Made by a program: the position numbers and the translations under genes. Below, piece after piece: positions 14,992 to 23,367 of a stretch of 23,605 nt of DNA (positions are counted from its first letter, which is position 1; each line of letters opens with the position of its first letter). Location: positions 1 through 23,605 of the IMG/VR virus record IMGVR_UViG_2537562191_000021; one strand, written 5' to 3'. This stretch comes from a virus (taxonomy: Duplodnaviria; Heunggongvirae; Uroviricota; Caudoviricetes). The notes beneath the pieces are model-generated. The model was not told the origin of the DNA. It saw nothing but the letters and a program-made list of their open reading frames with translations, and did not search any database.

Positions 14992-15866
14992 GCCACTACC
15001 TCTTCGAATCTCAACTCCAATTGGTCACCCCAGATTTCACATGATTCGGAACACGAACCAGTATCAAACCGCTTGGCCTGCACCATCGCCTGATACAAAT
15101 TTCTGTAGTCGCTGTCGGCATACATTCTGGCAATCCCGTCAAGCGTCAGGTGACCACGGTACATAACGTCTTTACCTGTTCTGCGATGACCATCCCTGAC
15201 GTGTTTGCCTGTAACCAGCTCATTAAAAATTCGCATCAGACCAGGTTCGTCTTTACATGCAAGCCCCAGCTTTTGCGTTGACTTTTTGATGCAAAAAACA
15301 CAGTTCCCGAGGTGCTCCGGGATTTGCAAATCAAAAGGTTGTTTTCGCCACCACCGGATAACATCCGACTTATCAAAATCTGACAGCTCGGCAAGATACC
15401 GGACGCCCGGTTTCGGTTTCAGCCTACGGGGTTCGTCCGCACGAATACCCAGCCATGTGATGTAATTCCCTCGCCCAAAATGGTCATCGCAATATTTCGT
15501 GAAAGGGGTGAGTTTTAGCCTGTCAGTACAGAACGCGCCGCCGATGTATGGCGTACCGTACTTTTTAACCATGTCCATAAACGGTTTAAGCACCGGCATT
15601 CGCGTCTGAATATCCTTTGGTTCCCATTCCGTATAACCATTTGGCTGCCCAAGTTCTGGATTTATATCGACCTGCAACACCGTTAGCGGTACATTCCAGA
15701 ACTTCACAACCTCACGAATAAAGCGATACGTCAGAGGATGTTCACAGCCGGTATCCATAAAAATGAAATGGACGCTAGCGCCAGCTTTTCGCTGTGCTTC
15801 CATCAGATGAACGAGATAAGCCGATGTTCGTCCACCTGAAAAGCTGACGACTTGATGCATACTCAC
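14988..15866 (-). CDS. PAPS-reductase-like PP-loop ATP pyrophosphatase family protein
   Basis: 292 aa; N-terminal PP-loop SFSGGRTS; C-terminal Cys pairs (NCVFC, SCSESC) suggest metal or Fe-S binding. Confidence 0.7.
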   Translation of the reverse strand: MSMHQVVSFSGGRTSAYLVHLMEAQRKAGASVHFIFMDTGCEHPLTYRFIREVVKFWNVPLTVLQVDINPELGQPNGYTEWEPKDIQTRMPVLKPFMDMVKKYGTPYIGGAFCTDRLKLTPFTKYCDDHFGRGNYITWLGIRADEPRRLKPKPGVRYLAELSDFDKSDVIRWWRKQPFDLQIPEHLGNCVFCIKKSTQKLGLACKDEPGLMRIFNELVTGKHVRDGHRRTGKDVMYRGHLTLDGIARMYADSDYRNLYQAMVQAKRFDTGSCSESCEIWGDQLELRFEEVVA

Positions 15867-15869
15867 GGT

Positions 15870-16562
15870 TTATTCCTGAACGCGCTTAAACTCGATTACC
15901 CATACCCACGGGTTAGATAGCCAGTTATCCTGCCCGTAAATACTGCGCCAGATATCACCAAAACCAACGCGATAAACGGCTTCCGGCGGCGTAATTTTGT
16001 ACATCGCCGGAGATGCGCCTTCTGCTTTAGCATCTGCCTCGCTCATATCACGCAGCCGTTCCACACGCACGTCGGTAATTTCCAGCAAAATGCGCGATGC
16101 CCAGCGCGGCATGTGAATTGATGGACACCACCCGCCATCAAATTTTTCATTCACAGTGTGAGGTTTCCAGTCGGCATCATCGGGTATCGACCACAAGCCG
16201 TAATCACCCGGCTTTTGCTCACAACTGGCCCGATAAATCCTTGCTGCGTTCTTCTCATCGCCACGACAAAGGTTGTCGTTCCAGTCCACACTGCAACCAT
16301 CCTCATTGCCTAATATCGCCCACGCCTCACGGACCCATATGCGATCACCAACGTTACCGAACGGGCATAAACCATGTTCAGGTGCATCCATAACGTGGGT
16401 ATAGACACCATTGCGTTTCTTGGTCGGTTTACGGATAACCAGGCAGTTATCGGCCCTGACATTTTTTACAGGTCGGCGAGTCTGCGTCTTCCTTCCTTCG
16501 AGGATGGCCCTGACCATCTCATCGTTAAAAATCATCCCGCGTTCTTTCATTTTTTGATCCAC
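15870..16562 (-). CDS. ASCH-domain protein, 230 aa
   Basis: N-terminal MIFNDEMVRAILEGRKTQTRRP (GxKTxTRR) and C-terminal VWVIEFKRV resemble ASCH proteins such as YqfB (remembered: ILAGRKTITIR ... YVIEFKCL). Confidence 0.5.
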   Translation of the reverse strand: MDQKMKERGMIFNDEMVRAILEGRKTQTRRPVKNVRADNCLVIRKPTKKRNGVYTHVMDAPEHGLCPFGNVGDRIWVREAWAILGNEDGCSVDWNDNLCRGDEKNAARIYRASCEQKPGDYGLWSIPDDADWKPHTVNEKFDGGWCPSIHMPRWASRILLEITDVRVERLRDMSEADAKAEGASPAMYKITPPEAVYRVGFGDIWRSIYGQDNWLSNPWVWVIEFKRVQE

Positions 16563-16566
16563 CTCA

Positions 16567-17562
16567 TCAGTTATTGAACGTGATCACTCCGCGCTCGATG
16601 GCGAAGTCGAAAAGCTGGTTAGCTGCTACGTAAAGGCGTATGCCATGTGCTTTTTCCCATGCCCGGACATCGTTTTCTGCGCTTCTGGCGCAGTCATCGC
16701 AAAGAGGAACAGCCCAGCGGTCGTGTTCGTTTAACGAGCGGGCGCGGTACATGAATGGGTGATTAACCTTGCCGCCGCAGCCTACACACGGGCGAGACAC
16801 CACAAACCGGAGATAAGCCGGGCTTTTTCCGAGTAAGGTTTTTGGACGGCGCATATATAGGAGGCCAGAATCTTCATCGACGGACAGATTGACGATCTGC
16901 TCTGCGGAAATATCCACCAGCTCGCGGGTACTATGCTCCCAGGTAATATCCGACTCTTTCAGAGTGCCGGTAGGGATTTCAGTTTTTGGCTGACAAAATG
17001 CAATGCGACCAGCTTCATCAGGCAGTTCGTCTTTAAGATTCCGGCGAATGGCCCAAAAGGTGAGTTCAACCATGCTCAGATCGCGATCTGGCGGAAGTTT
17101 TAACTCGCTGGCAGCCCAGTTCATAATCCAGTTGGCGCGATTCAGTGACAGTTGGTCTTCCAGCTTGCCGTATCCCTTCATCATGTATTCCGCATCATGC
17201 TTCCAGCACAGGCGAACGGCAGAACCGTTATAGAAATGGGTGGTTAACTGGTGGCTGCAATCGCGCTTATCATGCGCCTGGCAATCGTGAATGTTGGTGC
17301 TAACCCAGTGAACGAGAGAATCCTCACCACCTAACGCGTTAAATACGCGCTCACTTTGAAAAAAGGGTGCCAGTGACTGGTTGGTAACCAGTGAATAATT
17401 CAGGTCAACGACACCATCAGGGGTGTTTTCAGCCTGTTCACGCGGCAATGGGGATATAAGAAAACGACGTCCTGCGCCGATGTAATTGCTGGTGGGCTTA
17501 TCTACAGGAAAGACAGCCACACCAGTTTCATTTACGACATATGGGGTGATTATTGCACTCAT
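16567..17562 (-). CDS. DUF968-like protein, 331 aa, with a C-terminal Cys cluster
   Basis: C-terminus CVGCGGKVNHPFMYRARSLNEHDRWAVPLCDDCAR; DUF968 assignment is from memory of lambdoid-prophage proteins. Confidence 0.5.
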   Translation of the reverse strand: MSAIITPYVVNETGVAVFPVDKPTSNYIGAGRRFLISPLPREQAENTPDGVVDLNYSLVTNQSLAPFFQSERVFNALGGEDSLVHWVSTNIHDCQAHDKRDCSHQLTTHFYNGSAVRLCWKHDAEYMMKGYGKLEDQLSLNRANWIMNWAASELKLPPDRDLSMVELTFWAIRRNLKDELPDEAGRIAFCQPKTEIPTGTLKESDITWEHSTRELVDISAEQIVNLSVDEDSGLLYMRRPKTLLGKSPAYLRFVVSRPCVGCGGKVNHPFMYRARSLNEHDRWAVPLCDDCARSAENDVRAWEKAHGIRLYVAANQLFDFAIERGVITFNN

Positions 17563-17603
17563 AATGCATACCGACTCTGTTTTGTTCCGAGCGGTAAAAT
17601 AAT

Positions 17604-17616
17604 ATGTTAGAAAACT
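17604..17616 (-). promoter_or_regulatory. Recurrent motif copy (reverse complement AGTTTTCTAACAT), exact
   Basis: Lies in the 98-bp gap between the phosphatase gene and the DUF968 gene; a degenerate second copy (core TTCTAAC at 17627-17633) lies 10 bp away in the opposite orientation. Confidence 0.4.
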
Positions 17617-17660
17617 AAAATCAATGTTCTAACGCGTTTTTGAGTGCGTAAGTGATTTGA

Positions 17661-18353
17661 TCAGACTTTAAGCTGCCCTCCCTTCACCTGCATTAGCGTC
17701 AGATTTCCGCAAAAAACCGCGCCCGTGTCTATGTAGTGCTGATTCCAGTATGCTTTTGGTCTTCGTACCGGTGTGTGCCCAAAGATAAAGCGATCTGCGC
17801 CTGTAATTTCTCCACCAATGCCATCTATCGAATCACCGACGCGACTGCGCGACCAGACAACATCAAAAAGCGACACATCCTTACCGAACTGGTACTCTCC
17901 ACCTGGATAGTCGGCATGGGCTATAACGATAGTTTCATGCCCGATGTTCAACTCAATGATATATGGCAGACGCTTTACCAGCTCCACCAGCGCCCTGGCT
18001 AATATTTCCTGATCAGCGTCCAGCATGAAGAACCATTGTCCGCCATTCATTAGCCAGTTATTCACGTTGCCATCAGGACTTAACGCATCGATCATTAATC
18101 GCTCGTGGTTTCCCATAACCGACCGAAACCAGGGCATCTGCAATAGCTCCAGGCATTCAACATTTTCGGTGCCGCGATCGATAAGGTCGCCAACCGATAT
18201 CAGTAAATCCTGCGCCGGGTCAAAATCCACACGATGGAGTTCGGACATCAGTCTGGTGAAGCAACCATGCAGATCACCAACAACCCATATGTTTCTGTAG
18301 CCAGAACCATCAATACGGCTATATAAATTCACTTCATGCATAGCCTGTGTCAT
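17661..18353 (-). CDS. Ser/Thr protein phosphatase (lambda PPase / NinI-like metallophosphoesterase)
   Basis: 230 aa; [49 protein letters not shown] are co-linear with phage lambda Ser/Thr phosphatase as remembered. Confidence 0.85.
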   Translation of the reverse strand: MTQAMHEVNLYSRIDGSGYRNIWVVGDLHGCFTRLMSELHRVDFDPAQDLLISVGDLIDRGTENVECLELLQMPWFRSVMGNHERLMIDALSPDGNVNNWLMNGGQWFFMLDADQEILARALVELVKRLPYIIELNIGHETIVIAHADYPGGEYQFGKDVSLFDVVWSRSRVGDSIDGIGGEITGADRFIFGHTPVRRPKAYWNQHYIDTGAVFCGNLTLMQVKGGQLKV

Positions 18354-18661
18354 GCGGCAACCTTCTCACGCAGCCAGATACAAACCGGACCATCTTCAGT
18401 GTCATGAATAGAGCCAACAAACCAGCCTTCACCCTCTGGTCGCTCCGGTTCCCAGGCGGCAATATCGGGACCAGCTGCGTCCAGATCAAAATCATCTTCA
18501 TCCATACTGCGAATAGTCCACTGAAGATTATTTCCCTTCATCCAGGCGTCAAATTCCTCAGTGGAAATATATTCACGGCCTGCGCAAAACTTTTCATACT
18601 CCGGATGTGTCCAGCAGCCATATTCATCACGTTCTACCGGCATTTCTTTAATTGTGCTCAC
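18350..18661 (-). CDS. Hypothetical acidic protein, 103 aa
   Basis: ORF overlapping both neighbours by 4 nt within the operon. Confidence 0.45.
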   Translation of the reverse strand: MSTIKEMPVERDEYGCWTHPEYEKFCAGREYISTEEFDAWMKGNNLQWTIRSMDEDDFDLDAAGPDIAAWEPERPEGEGWFVGSIHDTEDGPVCIWLREKVAA

Positions 18662-18882
18662 TCTTCATCCTCCAAGTCGGCAACGGCCTCCATCACATCA
18701 GAACCGCGAATAAACTCAAAAGCACGGCAAGCCATTTCAAACACCTGTTGTTCTTGCGGATGCGGTGACTCCCAATACTTAAAACCAGGTCGATGCTCGT
18801 AACCCATCATGGAATAAAAATCGCCAGCAAGTTCAATCGCGGCATCAACAAGTTCGCGATTTGTCATCGTCTGTTCTGTCAT
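18658..18882 (-). CDS. Hypothetical acidic protein, 74 aa
   Basis: ORF with 4-nt overlaps to both neighbours. Confidence 0.4.
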   Translation of the reverse strand: MTEQTMTNRELVDAAIELAGDFYSMMGYEHRPGFKYWESPHPQEQQVFEMACRAFEFIRGSDVMEAVADLEDEE

Positions 18883-19154
18883 TTTGTTTTCTCCTGTCTG
18901 AACATCACTATCATCAGGTCGCCTTTTGTCGCTATTCTGGCTGTTGTGCCTGGTTCAATGCGGCTAAGCTCAAATGCGTCATAGAACGCTTCTAATGCCT
19001 TCTGGCGTAGTTCCTGTTTGCGCCGTTTTTTCCACTCTTTTAGGAAAATGGAACCCAGCCATCGCCAGGTACGGGACATGATGTAAAGCCAACCGAAAAG
19101 TGCCAGACCGGTATTTAGGGCCGTATCGATTGTTATCGTGGTGTCGATATTCAC
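18879..19154 (-). CDS. Hypothetical small membrane protein, 91 aa
   Basis: Hydrophobic segment ALNTGLALFGWLYIM followed by a basic stretch; coupled overlaps. Confidence 0.4.
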   Translation of the reverse strand: MNIDTTITIDTALNTGLALFGWLYIMSRTWRWLGSIFLKEWKKRRKQELRQKALEAFYDAFELSRIEPGTTARIATKGDLMIVMFRQEKTK

Positions 19155-19399
19155 TGTGGTGGCTCCTGCTTTTCTGCCTTCAATACCATGCGAGAACCAT
19201 CATCCAGCTCCCAATTAATTTCACCGCCTTCAGCCATGACTAGATGCCAAACGAGTTGTGCGGCCTCGTTGGTTACATCACGACCGCGATCATTGCCGAC
19301 ACGACGTTTTGTTCCATCCCCTAAGTCACGCATTTTTGCCAACACGATGGTTTTTGATAGCGGTGAAAAACCAAGCTGTAGTCGTGCTGAATTGCTCAC
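19151..19399 (-). CDS. Hypothetical protein, 82 aa
   Basis: ORF in the operon with 4-nt overlaps. Confidence 0.4.
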   Translation of the reverse strand: MSNSARLQLGFSPLSKTIVLAKMRDLGDGTKRRVGNDRGRDVTNEAAQLVWHLVMAEGGEINWELDDGSRMVLKAEKQEPPQ

Positions 19400-20067
19400 T
19401 GTTTGCCTCCTTTGCGAATCCGGGCGGCTAACTCGTCACATATGTGCGTCAAAGAGAAAAGTTTGATTGATGGGTGTTCGCGCATCATCTCCAATCCCTG
19501 CGCCCGGACTTCAGCCAGGAAAGCATCAGTGGTTGGCGTTTCAGGTATCTGTCTCCTCATCCGTTCTACTGCATGATTGAACCCGAAGTCTTCCGCGAGA
19601 GATACGTCATCCATATTGTCATTGTCATCCTCAATATCCCGTGGTTCTGGAATTGCAGACTTTATTCCCGCATTCTCCGCCGCCAGCGCCGCGCGATTAC
19701 CCTCCAGCTCTGCAATGCGCTGTTTTGCGGTATCAAGTTCAATCGATAATTTTTCCAACTGCTCTTTATGCTTCTTGTATTCCTGATATGCGTGCCAGGA
19801 CTGACCTTTGCGCACACTATCAGTAATATCAGTAATCTGTTCTGGTGTTAGCGTAGTCAGTGGCTGTGCTGGGAAAATCAGCACTTTCCCGGAATCCCAA
19901 TCAAAACCAGCGTGAATTGACTGAACCTCAATTGAAGGTGTTGAACCAATGCTGCCAGGCGAATGAACAACGATCGTTACATCCATATCGCGACGATGGC
20001 TGTGGTTATTGGACAAAATACGATTCACCAACTCAGAAAATTTGGAGAATTTCATGCGGAGCCTCAA
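19396..20067 (-). CDS. Ead/Ea22-like protein
   Basis: 223 aa; central coiled coil (AKQRIAELEGNRAALAAENAG) and TDAFLAEVRAQG motif, shared with 20471-20974. Confidence 0.55.
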   Translation of the reverse strand: MRLRMKFSKFSELVNRILSNNHSHRRDMDVTIVVHSPGSIGSTPSIEVQSIHAGFDWDSGKVLIFPAQPLTTLTPEQITDITDSVRKGQSWHAYQEYKKHKEQLEKLSIELDTAKQRIAELEGNRAALAAENAGIKSAIPEPRDIEDDNDNMDDVSLAEDFGFNHAVERMRRQIPETPTTDAFLAEVRAQGLEMMREHPSIKLFSLTHICDELAARIRKGGKQ

Positions 20068-20474
20068 TATGCAAAATAGACAGTTGCCACACCGTTATAG
20101 TGATCAAACGATACGGCGTTTACTTCATAGCTGGCAGGAAGCTTCGAGCCGAGAACATATCCGGGCCACGTTTTCCATGGAATTTCTCTACTCTCACTAT
20201 CCCCATATACCGTACATCCAAGCGAACCTACAGCCTCGTCAGAACGTTTGCCGCATGTTATGAAACCTATATTTTTCTTGCTGGCCTTAATGGCGATTGG
20301 GTGAACACTGGCTGATGCATTGGCAGCACGCTGTGACTGTTGGTTTGCGATATTCGCAGAGTTCGCAGCAGCTACAGCAGCCGTGGTCGCGGCGGTAGAT
20401 GCCACAATAACTGCTGAAGCCTGCGCCTGTTGGGTAATGGTCAGCAATGCCGCCACAAAAATCATCTTCTTCAC
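20064..20474 (-). CDS. Secreted protein, 136 aa, with signal peptide
   Basis: MKKMIFVAALLTITQQAQA then an Ala/Thr-rich linker and a Cys-containing C-terminal domain. Confidence 0.5.
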   Translation of the reverse strand: MKKMIFVAALLTITQQAQASAVIVASTAATTAAVAAANSANIANQQSQRAANASASVHPIAIKASKKNIGFITCGKRSDEAVGSLGCTVYGDSESREIPWKTWPGYVLGSKLPASYEVNAVSFDHYNGVATVYFAY

Positions 20475-20974
20475 TTGTCAGCTCCTTTGCGAATCTGTTC
20501 CGCCCATTCTTCAAGGGATTTCTCCGCATATTCACCGGACAGGCCATCAATCGGGTGCGATTCATTAGCCAACTCTTCTTTCGCTGACAGAATCATGCGC
20601 GTAACGTCGAAAACTTCACGTAAAGATTTATTGATAAATCCGTGGTTGAAAGCAGCAGCAAGACGGCTTGCGGTATAGTTAATCCCCTCGTTGCGAGCCT
20701 CCGCACGAATTTCAGCCAGGAAAGCATCGGTGACTGGCATATTTCCTGTTGCCTTCATGGCCTCCAAAATAACCAGAACGCCATCTCTCCCTACCTCCTC
20801 GCAGATAACCTCGGTGTTGTCGCCAACAACATCGCAGAATGCCTGAACTGCTTTACGAGCAAGTGCATTCTCCGCCGCCAGCGCAGCACACGCTTTCTCA
20901 AGTCGGGAAATTTCCGTTACATACTCAGCGTTACGCTCTGCCAGTTGTGCGGGCGTTAAACCTTCAGACTTCAT
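20471..20974 (-). CDS. Ead/Ea22-like protein (paralog)
   Basis: 167 aa; coiled coil (LEKACAALAAENALARKA) and TDAFLAEIRAEA motif. Confidence 0.55.
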   Translation of the reverse strand: MKSEGLTPAQLAERNAEYVTEISRLEKACAALAAENALARKAVQAFCDVVGDNTEVICEEVGRDGVLVILEAMKATGNMPVTDAFLAEIRAEARNEGINYTASRLAAAFNHGFINKSLREVFDVTRMILSAKEELANESHPIDGLSGEYAEKSLEEWAEQIRKGADK

Positions 20975-21281
20975 ACACTCTCCTTTCGAAATAAACGTAC
21001 TGATTAATCATGCCCAGGGGCATTTCGAGTTTTTCCGCGATCTCACGGCGGGGAACGCCACACTGATGAAGCTGCCGCGCCAGCTCTATATCGCTCTGCC
21101 GGTATTTGGCTGACTGGTGAAAGTCACCTTTCAGAATCATGCTGATCCCAAGCTCTCGCGCTTTAGTCCTGACGGCATCACCGGTACGACCGATCAGCTT
21201 CCCAATACTCTCGACCGTCATAGTTCCGGCGCACTGGCGGAGTATCATGATTTCTGCCCTTCCCCATCCCCGCCAGCTCAC
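20964..21281 (-). CDS. Putative HTH DNA-binding protein
   Basis: Two helix-turn-helix-like segments (TVESIGKLIGRTGDAVRTKARELGI and RREIAEKLEMPLGMINQY); true start may be an internal Met. Confidence 0.45.
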   Translation of the reverse strand: MSWRGWGRAEIMILRQCAGTMTVESIGKLIGRTGDAVRTKARELGISMILKGDFHQSAKYRQSDIELARQLHQCGVPRREIAEKLEMPLGMINQYVYFERRVYEV

Positions 21282-21889
21282 GCAGAACTCCTTCTAACCA
21301 AAAGAACGCCATCTTCAGAAACAACGTTGCAGGACTTCAGGTAATTCATTGCCTCTTTCGGTAATGGATTCTTTGGATCGGCGTTTGCCAGGGATTTCGA
21401 TAACCTCATGATAAATTTGATCATTACCTTCTGGCGGAGCTTGTGCTCATGAGATAAAGAAAGGTAATAGGAAATGGTATGGGCTAAACGCTCACGAAGC
21501 TGTTCTGTGCCGTGATATACAGCAGCGATATCACGCAGTGCATTGACCAGTTCCCGGTAAATATGCGGAGCAACCTGGCATTCAATGTTGGTTGGTGACT
21601 CATAAATTACAGTCAGCCCCAGCTTTTCAGCCAGCGCGTGCTCTGCACGAGCACCAACCGATTCTTCCCATCGATTGAGCAAATAAATCGCATCAGCAGA
21701 ACGCACCATTGCCAGGCAAATATCCATGTATTCACTCTGGCAAAGGCCACCAGGTAACACCGCTGGATTCAGAACGATATGCCCTTCAGCCATCAGCTCG
21801 CTCGCTTTCGCATTAAACGCCGCACGGTTGTAATCTGGATAACCAGTCATCGGCCCCGCGATGTAAATTTTCAAAATACGTTTCACCAT
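21278..21889 (-). CDS. DUF4406-like (nucleoside 2-deoxyribosyltransferase-fold) protein with a roughly 100-aa C-terminal extension
   Basis: Start at ATG 21889 (MVKRILKIYIAGPMTGYPDYNRAAFN...ADAIYLLNRWEESVGARAEHALA); the start overlaps the stop of an upstream small ORF (TGATG). Confidence 0.5.
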   Translation of the reverse strand: MVKRILKIYIAGPMTGYPDYNRAAFNAKASELMAEGHIVLNPAVLPGGLCQSEYMDICLAMVRSADAIYLLNRWEESVGARAEHALAEKLGLTVIYESPTNIECQVAPHIYRELVNALRDIAAVYHGTEQLRERLAHTISYYLSLSHEHKLRQKVMIKFIMRLSKSLANADPKNPLPKEAMNYLKSCNVVSEDGVLLVRRSSA

Positions 21890-22044
21890 CAAAATTTCCC
21901 CAAAATCGTGACGCAAAACATAAGCACTGCGAAAAGCTCAATACCAAGCTCAAGTAGCGCCAACGCCCCGAAAAACAACACATAGAACAGGCCAATCTCA
22001 TTCACAGATGGCTGGTGGATCGCACTTAAAGCTATAAGCATCAT
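21889..22044 (-). CDS. Small hydrophobic peptide, 51 aa (single predicted transmembrane helix); first ORF of the minus-strand array
   Basis: Hand translation: MMLIALSAIHQPSVNEIGLFYVLFFGALALLELGIELFAVLMFCVTILGKF; strong SD GGAGGA immediately upstream; stop coupled to the DUF4406 start. Below the ORF-track threshold. Confidence 0.4.
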   Translation of the reverse strand: MMLIALSAIHQPSVNEIGLFYVLFFGALALLELGIELFAVLMFCVTILGKF

Positions 22045-22082
22045 GTCCTCCAAACAGTTATCAGGAATGATATTAATGTTTT

Positions 22083-22095
22083 GTGTTAGAAAATC
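22083..22095 (-). promoter_or_regulatory. Recurrent motif copy (reverse complement GATTTTCTAACAC) in the divergent control region
   Basis: Core TTCTAACA intact; lies between the minus-strand array start (22044) and the Ref-like gene start (22162). Confidence 0.35.
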
Positions 22096-22161
22096 AATTT
22101 TGAATATCTAACCATTTTGATCAATCATAGAAAAATCGCTGAAAAGTAAGAGGCAGCCATC

Positions 22162-22740
22162 ATGCAGAAACAGAGCTACTGGGAGAAACAGAGACAAAAA
22201 GCCATGCAAAGATTGGCTGACCCGGCCTGGCGAGAGGAACAAAGGGCAAAGCGCCTTCAACAAGCTCAACGCCAGCAGCAGCGAGCGAGAGAAAAAGCCG
22301 CATCGCCTGAATATCGGCAAAAGAGAATTGAAAAAGCAAAGCAATATGACCAGCGGAGAAAAGAGAAAGCTGTATCCGCTCCGTCCAAAAAAACACGCAC
22401 GTCACGCGGCCTGAAGGGCAGATCACTCACAGCCGATGAACGCCGGATACAGACCGCTATCGGTACTCTCCCCTGCATTGCCTGCCATATTCACGGGCAA
22501 CATAGCCCAGTGGTATCCCTGCACCATATCTTCGGGAGAACGGCAGAGAACGCGCATAAATATGTCCTCCCTTTGTGTAAATGGCACCACCAGTACGCAG
22601 CGCCAGCCGAGGTCCGAGAACAATATCCCTGGCTGGTCCCTGTTCATGCTGATGGAAAAATAGGCGGAAAAGCAGATTTCATACGGCACAATGCCGATGA
22701 AATGGCGTTGTATCAGATGGCAATTGAATTGATAAATTAG
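22162..22740 (+). CDS. HNH-type endonuclease with a lysine/arginine-rich disordered N-terminus (Ref-like, RecA-dependent nuclease family candidate)
   Basis: 192 aa; the first roughly 80 aa are K/R/Q/E-rich and low-complexity; C-terminal core has CIACHIHGQH...SLHHIFGRTAEN...LPLCKWHH (Cys/His metal ligands with an HNH-like His-Asn-His pattern). Architecture matches P1 Ref as remembered. Confidence 0.5.
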   Translation: MQKQSYWEKQRQKAMQRLADPAWREEQRAKRLQQAQRQQQRAREKAASPEYRQKRIEKAKQYDQRRKEKAVSAPSKKTRTSRGLKGRSLTADERRIQTAIGTLPCIACHIHGQHSPVVSLHHIFGRTAENAHKYVLPLCKWHHQYAAPAEVREQYPWLVPVHADGKIGGKADFIRHNADEMALYQMAIELIN

Positions 22741-22751
22741 TTTTCTAACAT
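22739..22751 (+). promoter_or_regulatory. Recurrent motif copy (AGTTTTCTAACAT), exact, abutting the Ref-like stop codon
   Basis: Exact 13-mer starting 2 nt inside the stop codon of 22162-22740. Confidence 0.4.
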
Positions 22752-22985
22752 TTTAAGTTGAATTGGAAATTTCTCCGATGTACATTCACTACCGATTGGC
22801 ACACCGGTCAACTTTTTGAGACAAACTGTTTAGTTTTTCGTATTATTGCCGCCGCCATACCTATGGCGGTGCAATATAGGTGGCTGAAAAGCCCCCGTTG
22901 ACTCACGGTGTTCCAGCCTTTATTGCGCCGCCACCAGACCGTGGAACAGTCGATGGCGGCTCCGAAAGCAAGGAGTCACTACACT

Positions 22986-23075
22986 ATGAACAACTACAGT
23001 CTTTTCCCATCACTCGTCGTCCACCACTCACGCGATAATCTGCATTCTTTACTCGCGCTGGGGGTGTCAAAATGA
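22986..23075 (+). CDS. Possible 29-aa leader ORF coupled to the downstream small gene
   Basis: MNNYSLFPSLVVHHSRDNLHSLLALGVSK; AAGGAG lies 10 nt upstream of the ATG; its stop overlaps the next ATG (ATGA). Speculative. Confidence 0.2.
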   Translation: MNNYSLFPSLVVHHSRDNLHSLLALGVSK

Positions 23076-23239
23076 CTGTTCGCTACCTCAACTTTCAAAT
23101 CAAGAACATTACTGGCGGTTGCTATGACTGGTTTGTCACTCTCGGAAAAGAAGTGATCACCGGGAAGCTGGATGAAGTGAAAGCTAAAGCAATGGCCTAC
23201 GCCTGCAAGCAAGCCCGGAAAAAATCCGCCAAAGCATAA
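23072..23239 (+). CDS. Small hypothetical protein, 55 aa
   Basis: MTVRYLNFQIKNITGGCYDWFVTLGKEVITGKLDEVKAKAMAYACKQARKKSAKA; plus-strand intrinsic terminator about 100 bp downstream. Preferred over the overlapping minus-strand ORF 22994-23212. Confidence 0.35.
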   Translation: MTVRYLNFQIKNITGGCYDWFVTLGKEVITGKLDEVKAKAMAYACKQARKKSAKA

Positions 23240-23343
23240 AATACTGACTGTTGCGCCCTGGCATTATCGTGGGGTATATTTCTACGGCACCTTAGAAAAA
23301 CGGGTGCCGGGATTGGAACCCCGGATAATGTCAAAGGCGACAC

Positions 23344-23367
23344 AGACGCCGAAAGCGTCTTTTTTTG
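23344..23367 (+). terminator. Rho-independent terminator
   Basis: agacgc-cgaaa-gcgtct, a perfect 6-bp stem with 5-nt loop, followed by TTTTTT. Confidence 0.6.

Noticed and set aside
22994-23212. Minus-strand 72-aa ORF overlapping the plus-strand 55-aa ORF
   Set aside because: No SD seen; the plus-strand ORF has a possible coupled leader and a downstream plus-strand terminator. Both remain low confidence.
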